Shown piece after piece: positions 9,892-18,120 of a stretch of DNA of 64,000 nt (position 1 is its first letter; every line of letters begins with the position of its first letter). Source of the stretch: an uncultured Anaerolineaceae bacterium (lineage in GTDB: Bacteria > Chloroflexota > Anaerolineae > Anaerolineales > UBA4823). Made by a program: the position numbers and the translations under genes. The notes under the pieces were generated by a model, which saw nothing but the letters and a program-made list of their open reading frames with translations, was not told where the DNA came from and did no database searches. The DNA lies in contig CAYLPS010000005.1 of the NCBI GenBank assembly GCA_964385625.1, forward strand, positions 220 to 64,219. The letters run 5' to 3'.

Positions 9892-10950
9892 CTAATTAAT
9901 TCCAGTAGCAGCCGGCTTCCAGAATGGCATCTGGTCGTCAGCACTGTTCTGGGTGAGGTTCCGTGGGTCACTGCCATCCGCATTCATGATGTAGATCTCC
10001 CAATTGCCATCCCGGTCAGTTTGGAAGGCAATAAATTTTCCATCGGGCGACCATGCCGGGGACCAATCGTTCGACCGGTCGTTGGATAGGTCCAGCCTGC
10101 CACTGCCGTCGGCATTGATCACATAGATATCGCTGTCGCCATCCACGTCAGCCCGAAAGGCAATCTGAGTGCCATCGGGCGACCAGGACGGGCTGTAGTC
10201 GATCTCGTCGCTGTTGGTCAGGCGGACGATGTTGGAGCCATCGCTGTTCATCAGGTACAGGTTACTCACTCCGGTGGGGTTGTTCCGGTCAGAGACGAAG
10301 GCGATTTGCCTGCCATCGGGCGACCAGGCAGGGGCGAAGTCGTCGGCGGGGTTGGTGGTGATCTGGCGGACATTGCTTCCATCGGCGTTCATGGTGTAAA
10401 TGTCGTTATTGCCGCTCAACCGGGAAGTAAAGGCGATCTGCGTGCCATCAGGAGACCAGCAAGGGAAGCCCTCATCCACATCCGGCCGGTTCGAGAGATC
10501 CACCGGGTTGGTGCCGTCTGCGTTCATCACGCCAATGTAGCTGTGGGTGAGGCCGAATCCGGTGAAGAGCAGCTTTGCCCCATCGGGTGAGAATGGCCCG
10601 GGGAAAGTATTGGAATCATTGTTCGTCAGCTGGGTTATGCTTCTATCTGGCAGGCTCATCAAGTAGATGTTGATATAGTCGCCATTGCGGTCCGAGCCGA
10701 ACACGATTGTCCCATTGGGCAAGGTGGGCAAAGCAGTCTGGGTGGGTGCCTGGGTCTGGGTGGGCACAGCAGTTCCGGTGGGTGGCGTGGTGGCCGTGGG
10801 AGGCTGTTCGGCAGGTTGAGTTGGTGTGTTGGCAGCCGGCCGGGTGGGTTGGGTAGTGGGGCTGGCTGCCGGGCTGGCAGTGGTGCAGGCAGCCAACAAT
10901 AACACCCATATAAGCCAGGGGATGATACGCTTGGACATCGATAACATCAT
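9892..10950 (-). CDS. TolB-like WD40/PD40 beta-propeller lipoprotein
   Basis: 352 aa. Lipobox LLLAAC, a Pro/Thr-rich linker, then at least 5 repeats of the SPDG(T/R/K)xIAF...DIY PD40 signature. Confidence 0.8.
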   Translation of the reverse strand: MMLSMSKRIIPWLIWVLLLAACTTASPAASPTTQPTRPAANTPTQPAEQPPTATTPPTGTAVPTQTQAPTQTALPTLPNGTIVFGSDRNGDYINIYLMSLPDRSITQLTNNDSNTFPGPFSPDGAKLLFTGFGLTHSYIGVMNADGTNPVDLSNRPDVDEGFPCWSPDGTQIAFTSRLSGNNDIYTMNADGSNVRQITTNPADDFAPAWSPDGRQIAFVSDRNNPTGVSNLYLMNSDGSNIVRLTNSDEIDYSPSWSPDGTQIAFRADVDGDSDIYVINADGSGRLDLSNDRSNDWSPAWSPDGKFIAFQTDRDGNWEIYIMNADGSDPRNLTQNSADDQMPFWKPAATGIN

Positions 10951-11151
10951 AGGGACCTCTTAATATAACAATAAAGGATATTCGACCGCAATGATATGGA
11001 CGTTGCGGAAAACCAATTTGTTCCGGGATATTTAATGGACCATGTCACCGGTTTGTTCCCCCCGTGATTTTATGAGATGCTGCTTGGTTTCTGTTCGGTA
11101 AACCTCATGTAATAGCACAACAAAACACGCTGGGTGTGTGCCCATCCTGAT

Positions 11152-12654
11152 TTAGGATGGAGTAATTGCCCAATTAATAAAGTCAACCAGCTCGCCCTTG
11201 AGCTTTGCCAGGGAGGGGATGTGGATGTACATCATGTGCCCAGCCTCGAAGTAGCCCATACGCAGGTTTTCATACAATGATTTATCCAAGCCCAGGTGTT
11301 TAAAGGTGTATCTCGTGGCAAGGTAGGGGGTTGCCAGGTCGAAATAGCCGTTGGCCACGTAAACCTTTAGGTGCGGGTTAATGGTCATGGCCTTGCGTAG
11401 CGTCTCAGCCACATTCACATATTCATTCTCGAACTCGGCATAACTCCACGGATACACACGCTCGGTCAGGATCTCATAAGGCAGGTCTGACTCAAACTTG
11501 AGCTCTCCGCGCACGTAATCGTTGAGCGTGGCAGTATAGGGCCCGGTGATGTTCGTCATGCTGGGATCGAACTCAAAGTGCTCGCCGGCAGAATCGAGGT
11601 CAATCCCCTTGAAGCGGCTATCAAGGCGGCCAACTGTCCGCTTGGCGTGGCGCAACAGCTCCTTGGTGAAGCGGAAAATCTCGATCCGCAGCCTGGTGCT
11701 GTCGATGTAATCTTCCGATAGCCCAGTATATCGCGCCAGCTTGCGGGCAATTAGCAGGCGTTCTTCATCCAGTAGGTCATCCCCCTGCATCAGGGCCTGG
11801 GCATAATCACCCAGTGCAAAGGCTTCCACCTCCGCCAGGGTGGCGTACAGGTCTTTTTCCAGGTCATCGCTCAGCCGGTGATGGTACCAAGCCGTGGCCG
11901 TATAGGTGGGCAGGAATAGGATATAGGGCAGGTCATTTCCGGTGTGGAAATCTGCCGTCTGGAAGTTCAAGATGGAGGAGATCAACATGATCCCGTTCAT
12001 GTACATGCCATGGCGGTCTTGCAGGTATCCTGATAGTCCTGCAGCCCGCGTGGTGCCGTAACTTTCACCGATCAGGAATTTGGGAGAAGTCCAGCGCTGG
12101 TAGCGGGCGGTATACAGGCGGATGAAATCACCCACCGATGCGATATCCTTTTTAAAACCATGGAACTGCTTGGGTTTTTCACCTGGCAATACCCGGCTGA
12201 AACCCGTGCTTACCGGGTCGATGAACACCAGGTCGGTGGCATCAAGCAATGAATAGGCATTATCCACCAGCTTGTAGGGGGGCGGGTAGGCAAAACCCTG
12301 GTCATCGAGCAATACGCGGCGAGGGCCCAGCAAGCCCAGGTGAAGCCAAACTGACGATGACCCCGGGCCGCCATTGAACGAAAAAGTCAGGGGGCGTTTA
12401 TGCTTATCCTCTACGCCATCCAGAGTATAGGCGGTAAAGAATATCGAGGCACGCGGTTTATCACCTTCCGATTCGCCTTCTTTCTTACCCTTTTTTTCCG
12501 TCTCCTCCTTCAATACAATCGTCCCACAAGTGACGGTGTAATTGAGCTCCCTGCCATCCATGACGATACTGTGCCTGGTTTCCACCAGCTCGTCTTTGGG
12601 CAATGGAGGTGTCACCTCTTCGACTTTTTTGACCTCTTTGTCCTGCTCTGCCAT
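11152..12654 (-). CDS. peptidase S10 (serine carboxypeptidase) family protein
   Basis: 500 aa. NGGPGSSSVWLHLG and nucleophile motif GESYGT. Size fits bacterial S10 homologues. Confidence 0.8.
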   Translation of the reverse strand: MAEQDKEVKKVEEVTPPLPKDELVETRHSIVMDGRELNYTVTCGTIVLKEETEKKGKKEGESEGDKPRASIFFTAYTLDGVEDKHKRPLTFSFNGGPGSSSVWLHLGLLGPRRVLLDDQGFAYPPPYKLVDNAYSLLDATDLVFIDPVSTGFSRVLPGEKPKQFHGFKKDIASVGDFIRLYTARYQRWTSPKFLIGESYGTTRAAGLSGYLQDRHGMYMNGIMLISSILNFQTADFHTGNDLPYILFLPTYTATAWYHHRLSDDLEKDLYATLAEVEAFALGDYAQALMQGDDLLDEERLLIARKLARYTGLSEDYIDSTRLRIEIFRFTKELLRHAKRTVGRLDSRFKGIDLDSAGEHFEFDPSMTNITGPYTATLNDYVRGELKFESDLPYEILTERVYPWSYAEFENEYVNVAETLRKAMTINPHLKVYVANGYFDLATPYLATRYTFKHLGLDKSLYENLRMGYFEAGHMMYIHIPSLAKLKGELVDFINWAITPS

Positions 12655-12871
12655 GGTTTTACTCTCCCGGTTATCAATGAAATATCGAATGTGTGTTTAC
12701 ATCTCAGCAGGGGTTAATCCCGCAACTTTCGTCTCCAATTTTTGTCGCTCGGTGAGGATCGAAATCATCAGCTCAGATTTGTTCTTATACCGCATAATTC
12801 CCTCCACTTTGATTTTACCACCCACAATGCTGTGGAGTAAAAGGCATTAATCTACAAATAATGTAGCAGAC

Positions 12872-12900
12872 TTATCAGATGGTAGGTCTTCTGCTAAAAT
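12872..12900 (+). promoter_or_regulatory. candidate sigma70-type promoter for the GT2 operon
   Basis: TTATCA (12872-12877), 17-nt spacer, TAAAAT (12895-12900). Confidence 0.35.
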
Positions 12901-12926
12901 GCATTACTCATAAATAAAGGTGATCG

Positions 12927-13022
12927 ATGGGGAGTGAGCTCATTACGAATGATTATCCTGTCAGCAGAATGCCATACGAAGGTAACCTCACCAGGCTGCA
13001 AGGGCAGCTGAGCATCATCTAA
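12927..13022 (+). CDS. candidate 31-codon upstream ORF (MGSELITNDYPVSRMPYEGNLTRLQGQLSII)
   Basis: AAGGTG sits 4 nt before the ATG at 12927. The stop is at 13020-13022, 9 nt before the GT2 ATG. Too short for the ORF track and no homology is recognisable. Confidence 0.25.
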   Translation: MGSELITNDYPVSRMPYEGNLTRLQGQLSII

Positions 13023-13031
13023 CAAGGTCCC

Positions 13032-14597
13032 ATGTCAATCGTACAAATTTTATTCCTGGTACTATCGCTTATATTAACCTTCTCGTTCTTTCTTTACGGA
13101 TTCAACCAATATTTTTTATTGAGTGTTATGCACCGTTATCACCACCCAGAGCTATTACCACGATCGAAATTAAAACGACCATATGTGTCTATCCAACTGC
13201 CGATATATAATGAAAGATATGTGGTTCGGCGCCTGGTTGAGACCTGCGTTCGCATGGTGGATCAATATGGCAAGCAGCATGCTGAAATTTTGATCCTGGA
13301 CGATTCGACAGATGACACCAGCCGGCAGGTGGATGACATCGTAAGCGGACTGCAGCAGAAGGATTATCACATCCATGTGCAGCGCAGGGCAAACCGCGAG
13401 GGATACAAAGCCGGGGCATTACAGGTGGCATTAGATCACACCCGGGCGGAGTTCGTCGCTATTTTTGATGCTGATTACACACCTGCGCCGGATTTTCTGC
13501 TGCGTACCATACCCTTTTTTTCCCAGGATGAGAAACTGGCAATCATCCAGAGCAGGTGGACGCACTTGAATCGCGATTACAACCTGGTAACCAGTGCCAT
13601 CGCCATTGGTATTGATGTTCACTTCTTGATCGAGCAAACCGCCCGTTACGCCACAAGCTGTCTTCAAAATTTCAATGGTAGCGGCGGCGTGCTGCGGAAA
13701 AGTGCGCTGGTGGAAGCAGGTGGCTGGCAAGCGGATACATTGGCAGAAGACCTGGATGCCAGCTATCGAATGCAGCTAAAAGGTTATAAGATCCTGTACC
13801 TCAAAGATCTTCCCAGCCCCGGGGAAGTGCCACCCACCGTGCCGAGCTTTAAAAAGCAACAGGCGCGTTGGGCTAATGGATCATTACGGACCGCCCGAAA
13901 ACTATTGCCAACCATCTTATCTAATCATCAGCTCAAGCTATACCAGCGTGTGGAAGCCTATATCCACCTGACAGGGTATGTCTTGCATCCAATGATGTAC
14001 ATCTCATTTCTACTGGCAGCTCTGGGTACCATCCTTGGGTTGGATACCTACCTGAATCATACCCAGATATTGACGCCATTTGGAGGCATATTACTTGCCT
14101 CCCCCACGAAGTCAGATGTCCTTCTGCATAACCTGTCGTGGGGTGCGCTGGATACCATGATCCTATTAAGCCTGGTTGCGGCCTGGGTATCTCCGATAGT
14201 TAGCTTGAGATTACAAAAGTTATCCATCCGTAAAAACTTATCCGGATTAATGTACCTTTTTCTGCTTGGCAGCGGCATCAGCATAAGCAACACGATTGAG
14301 GCTCTAAAAGCGTTATTCACCAACAAGCAATGGGAGTTTAAGCGGACTCCAAAATACGCCACGGTCAACAACGATGAGGCACTGCGTTATCACACTTACC
14401 AGGTTCCGTTGGATGGTGTTTTCCTTTTGGAAGTGATTTCTGTACTGCTGGGCCTGGCGGCAGTAAGCCTCGCCTTGGCGCACCATTTATTCTTTATATT
14501 GCTGATATTGGCCCCATATACAGTTGCTTATATATTTATCGCCTATCTAACCTTTACACAAAGCCGGCCCCAGGTTCAGGCGACTGATGGCGACTGA
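13032..14597 (+). CDS. processive family-2 glycosyltransferase (cellulose/chitin/hyaluronan-synthase-like, membrane-integrated)
   Basis: 521 aa. Shows the D, D, D, QxxRW pattern: ILILDDSTDDT, FDADY, LAEDLD, QQARWANG. TM helices at the N-terminus and several at the C-terminus. Confidence 0.85.
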   Translation: MSIVQILFLVLSLILTFSFFLYGFNQYFLLSVMHRYHHPELLPRSKLKRPYVSIQLPIYNERYVVRRLVETCVRMVDQYGKQHAEILILDDSTDDTSRQVDDIVSGLQQKDYHIHVQRRANREGYKAGALQVALDHTRAEFVAIFDADYTPAPDFLLRTIPFFSQDEKLAIIQSRWTHLNRDYNLVTSAIAIGIDVHFLIEQTARYATSCLQNFNGSGGVLRKSALVEAGGWQADTLAEDLDASYRMQLKGYKILYLKDLPSPGEVPPTVPSFKKQQARWANGSLRTARKLLPTILSNHQLKLYQRVEAYIHLTGYVLHPMMYISFLLAALGTILGLDTYLNHTQILTPFGGILLASPTKSDVLLHNLSWGALDTMILLSLVAAWVSPIVSLRLQKLSIRKNLSGLMYLFLLGSGISISNTIEALKALFTNKQWEFKRTPKYATVNNDEALRYHTYQVPLDGVFLLEVISVLLGLAAVSLALAHHLFFILLILAPYTVAYIFIAYLTFTQSRPQVQATDGD

Positions 14598-15891
14598 GAA
14601 TCGTGCGAGCCGAATTATAGAAGCCAGGAAGCAGGGACAAACGAAGGACCTGGCTTTCCTTCTACTAAGCATCGTGTTCCAGCTGGTGCTGGGATATTTC
14701 TTCGGTCACGCCTATGATATGAAAATATTCATGGCCACTGGCTACATGGTGGCCAGCGGGCGCGATCCCTATTCCCTGCCCGACCTCAGCACAGTATTCC
14801 ACAACCCGGCATTCCAGGGGTTGAACAGCATTGGCTATCCCCCGCCATGGCCGCTGGTATTGGGGCTGGTTTACCTGCTGAGTTATGCATGGACGCATAA
14901 TTTCCTCGCCTACAACCTGGCCATTAAGCTGCCGATTATCGCCGCCAATATCTGCCTGGCGTACCTGGTGAGGGATATCCTTAAAGACCAGGGTGCAGGG
15001 CCGGAGCTCGTACATAAAGCCTGGCTGTTCCTGCTGCTCAACCCTTTCCTGTTTTATTTCACCACTGCCTGGGGGCAATTCGATTCGCTGGTGGTGGTAT
15101 TAACCATGCTGGCTTTATACTTATTGTATAAACACCGCTTCGTTGCATCGTCGATATTATTGGCATTAGCCATTGCGCTCAAGCCCACCTCAGTGCCTGT
15201 AGTGCTTGCGGCAGTGCTATACCTGTGGGGGGCACCCAGCAAAAGGATGGTGGGTTATTGCGCGAGATTTGTTTTCAGCCTGGTGGTATTCATCGTGCTT
15301 CCTTTTTTGATATTTGGCTGGAGCGCCAGCCCGATATATCATGGCTGGAATGCGCAATTCACGGTGAGTGGTGGTATGTCATTAGCCATGCTTTATGTGC
15401 TTTTTTCCGACACCAGCCTGCTGCCGGGTAATTGGTGGCTTTTGGGAGTGGCATGGCTACCGGCAGTGTTTATTGCAGCAGCATTTCTGCAGCGAGGCGA
15501 ACACGGCTTGCTAAACCTGTTCCAGCAGAGCCTGGTATTAGTGCTGGTGTTCTACCTGACGCGCACCTGGCTTTCTGAACAGAACATCAGCCTGGTCTTA
15601 CCTCTGGTGCTAATATTGGTGTACATGGATAAGCTACCCAGGCTGATCCTGCATGCAGTGTGGATCCTACCGCTGATTTTCACGATCTTCAACACCTCGC
15701 CAGCCCAGCTTTTATTCCCGATACTTCCCCGACTGATGGCCCAATTGCTCCAGCTTGCCCAAACCTACCGCCTCGAGCGCTTGTGGGCGAGCATGGCAGT
15801 GATCATTCCTTGGCAGGTTGCCGGCTGGTGGATTGTGATAGACTATTACCGCTCGAAATCCGCGCATAAAGGAAAACCGGTTCTGGCATGA
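14587..15891 (+). CDS. polytopic GT-C-fold glycosyltransferase-like membrane protein (DUF2029/PIG-V-like)
   Basis: 434 aa with about 10 or more hydrophobic helices. First-loop motif GHAYDMKIFMATG and ALKP in a later loop resemble GT-C enzymes. The start overlaps the GT2 stop by 11 nt. Confidence 0.6.
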   Translation: MATENRASRIIEARKQGQTKDLAFLLLSIVFQLVLGYFFGHAYDMKIFMATGYMVASGRDPYSLPDLSTVFHNPAFQGLNSIGYPPPWPLVLGLVYLLSYAWTHNFLAYNLAIKLPIIAANICLAYLVRDILKDQGAGPELVHKAWLFLLLNPFLFYFTTAWGQFDSLVVVLTMLALYLLYKHRFVASSILLALAIALKPTSVPVVLAAVLYLWGAPSKRMVGYCARFVFSLVVFIVLPFLIFGWSASPIYHGWNAQFTVSGGMSLAMLYVLFSDTSLLPGNWWLLGVAWLPAVFIAAAFLQRGEHGLLNLFQQSLVLVLVFYLTRTWLSEQNISLVLPLVLILVYMDKLPRLILHAVWILPLIFTIFNTSPAQLLFPILPRLMAQLLQLAQTYRLERLWASMAVIIPWQVAGWWIVIDYYRSKSAHKGKPVLA

Positions 15892-16724
15892 TAATCGATC
15901 TTCCGCTGAATCATTGCATGCAATTGCAGATATGCTCAGGCAGCAGTGGGAATCCAACCTTCCCAACTGCAATGATCCAAAGAGGCTTGTTGCTATCCTG
16001 TAATGGCCGCGATCTTTCAGAAGAAGCGGTCGGTTATGGTGTGCCGATACTCAAACGCGGATTACAGGCTATCTTTCCTGGCGAGGTAGAATTATCCCAT
16101 TCAAGAGATGCACCTCATCAAGGCATTACAGCCCGCTATAAGCTCAACCTGGAAGAAAAAATATCCAATCATGGCACGGGGACCATCGATAAGCGATGGG
16201 TGTATGCTTGTAAATATTTTCTCGCTGCGCTGATTCGCAACTGGCCTATCTCACGAAGGGTGCTTTCCGCCGCTTCCAGCTGGTTACGCACCAGATTTGG
16301 CTGGACAACCACCTATGAGCCGTTGGATTTTTCTATTTTCATCACAATGACGTATACTATATATCGGGATATGGGCAAGGTCTTCATCGAGCTGATCAAA
16401 TTAGAATGTCCCCTACCAGATATCAGTGAAGTGATCGTGATGAATGAGCAAGGAGCGCAGACCTTCAACTTATACCAGGAAGCCGGAGGGAACATCCAAT
16501 CTGGCAACCAAATTGGCTGCTGGGATTTAGTGACGGGAGACCATGCTGCATTTCTTAGCAGCACGCAGCACATTTCCTTTTGCCTGCCACAGGTGAAGGC
16601 AGCCAGGCTTTACCGCGGCAGGGAGATCGTCGAATCAAGGCTGGCTTGGGCAGGGTTTGGATACACCTTCCCGCCAAACCTTACTGATTTCTCGTATTCG
16701 ATAACACTAAGCAAATTACCATGA
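15888..16724 (+). CDS. hypothetical protein with no recognisable domain
   Basis: 278 aa. ATGA stop/start overlaps at both ends (15888-15891 and 16721-16724) tie it to the operon. Confidence 0.6.
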   Translation: MIIDLPLNHCMQLQICSGSSGNPTFPTAMIQRGLLLSCNGRDLSEEAVGYGVPILKRGLQAIFPGEVELSHSRDAPHQGITARYKLNLEEKISNHGTGTIDKRWVYACKYFLAALIRNWPISRRVLSAASSWLRTRFGWTTTYEPLDFSIFITMTYTIYRDMGKVFIELIKLECPLPDISEVIVMNEQGAQTFNLYQEAGGNIQSGNQIGCWDLVTGDHAAFLSSTQHISFCLPQVKAARLYRGREIVESRLAWAGFGYTFPPNLTDFSYSITLSKLP

Positions 16725-18103
16725 GTAAAGTGCTGTTGATCTACCCATATTTCAAGCCTGCCAATGACCGTTCAGTGTTTCGTTTTCCACCCCTGGGGGT
16801 GGCCTACCTGGCTTCCAGCTTGATCAAGGCCGGGCACGAGGTGCAGATTTTGGATTGCACTTTCCTTGAAAAAGATGAAGCCTTGAAGCAAGCCCTGGGA
16901 TTCCAGGCGCAAGTCGTGGGGATATATTGCATGGTCACCATGCTGGACGATTGCCTATGGTTTGCCAGGCGGTTGCGGTCGGGCACAAGATTATTACTGG
17001 CTGGAGGCCCATTGCCCACCTGCGATCCACAAGCCTTTGTGCAGGACTTCGATGTGGTGGTACGCGGCGAAGGCGAAGCCACGGTAGTTGAACTGCTACA
17101 GGCATTTGCAGATAAAAAGGGCTATGGCACCGTCGCAGGGATATGCATGCTGGCAGAAGCATCGGGCCAAGGGCAAAGCAGTAAAGAAATGATTTCCACC
17201 CCAAACCGCAAGTTTAATACCCGGCTTGACAGGCTGCCTTTCCCTGCCCGCCACCTGCTTCCCAACCAGAGCTATATCGAATATGCCAAGCAGAAGTATG
17301 GTTATTCGATCACTACAGTAATGAGCACGCGCGGTTGCCCCTATCACTGCGAGTTTTGCAGCAATGTGATCTTTGGCGGCACCTATCGTGAACGCACAGC
17401 CCGGAATGTGGTTCACGAGGTGGAACAGGCACTGGCCCTGGGTTATGAGCGAATTTCATTCGCTGATGATGTATTCACCCTGAACCAAAAGCGCGTGTTG
17501 GAATTTTGCGAGGCAGTAACCAGGCGTAGCCTGCATTTTAATTGGGAATGCCTGGCGCGGGTCGATTCACTCGGCGATGCCACTTACGTGCGAATGTATA
17601 ATGCCAGCTGCCGGCGGGTATATTTTGGCATCGAATCGGGGGATGATTCAATCCTCATGCTGATGAACAAAAAGATCACCACAGAAGAGGCGCGGCATGC
17701 TGTGATCGCCGCTCATCAAGCCGGCCTTGAAGTGGGGGCTTTTTTCATCCTATTTTATCCAGGCGATACCAACCAGACGGTACTCAACACCCTGCACTTC
17801 GCTAACACCCTGCCCCTGGATTACCTGGGCCTCAGCATGCCCTACCCGCTTCCTGGCACGCCGCTATATGACAGGGTGAAAGATAAAATATACCGGGATT
17901 GGCGCCCGGGTGAAAGCGTGTTTGGCAGCCACATGTTGATTTATAAGTCAGAGTTTTCTGAAACCAAAATGTGGTTTGGAATGATCAAGGGGCGCGGGCA
18001 ATTTGAGATTGCCCGCAGGTTACAGCGCTGGGGGAAAATTGGCCAGCTGGTCTTGCGGTTTACCGAAAAGGTCACAGACTGGATATTGCTGCATTTGCGC
18101 TGA
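16721..18103 (+). CDS. B12-binding-domain radical SAM protein
   Basis: 460 aa. N-terminal Rossmann-like B12 domain (LLIYPYF...PPLGVAYLAS...ILDC) followed by the CxxxCxxC cluster RGCPYHCEFCS. Confidence 0.85.
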   Translation: MSKVLLIYPYFKPANDRSVFRFPPLGVAYLASSLIKAGHEVQILDCTFLEKDEALKQALGFQAQVVGIYCMVTMLDDCLWFARRLRSGTRLLLAGGPLPTCDPQAFVQDFDVVVRGEGEATVVELLQAFADKKGYGTVAGICMLAEASGQGQSSKEMISTPNRKFNTRLDRLPFPARHLLPNQSYIEYAKQKYGYSITTVMSTRGCPYHCEFCSNVIFGGTYRERTARNVVHEVEQALALGYERISFADDVFTLNQKRVLEFCEAVTRRSLHFNWECLARVDSLGDATYVRMYNASCRRVYFGIESGDDSILMLMNKKITTEEARHAVIAAHQAGLEVGAFFILFYPGDTNQTVLNTLHFANTLPLDYLGLSMPYPLPGTPLYDRVKDKIYRDWRPGESVFGSHMLIYKSEFSETKMWFGMIKGRGQFEIARRLQRWGKIGQLVLRFTEKVTDWILLHLR

Positions 18104-18120
18104 CCAATCAGGAAACTGCT

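Noticed and set aside
10700-10900. Repetitive Pro/Thr-coding DNA (ACC/CCA-rich), considered as a possible repeat array
   Set aside because: It encodes the Pro/Thr-rich linker of the TolB-like lipoprotein. It has no unit-spacer structure, so it is not CRISPR-like.
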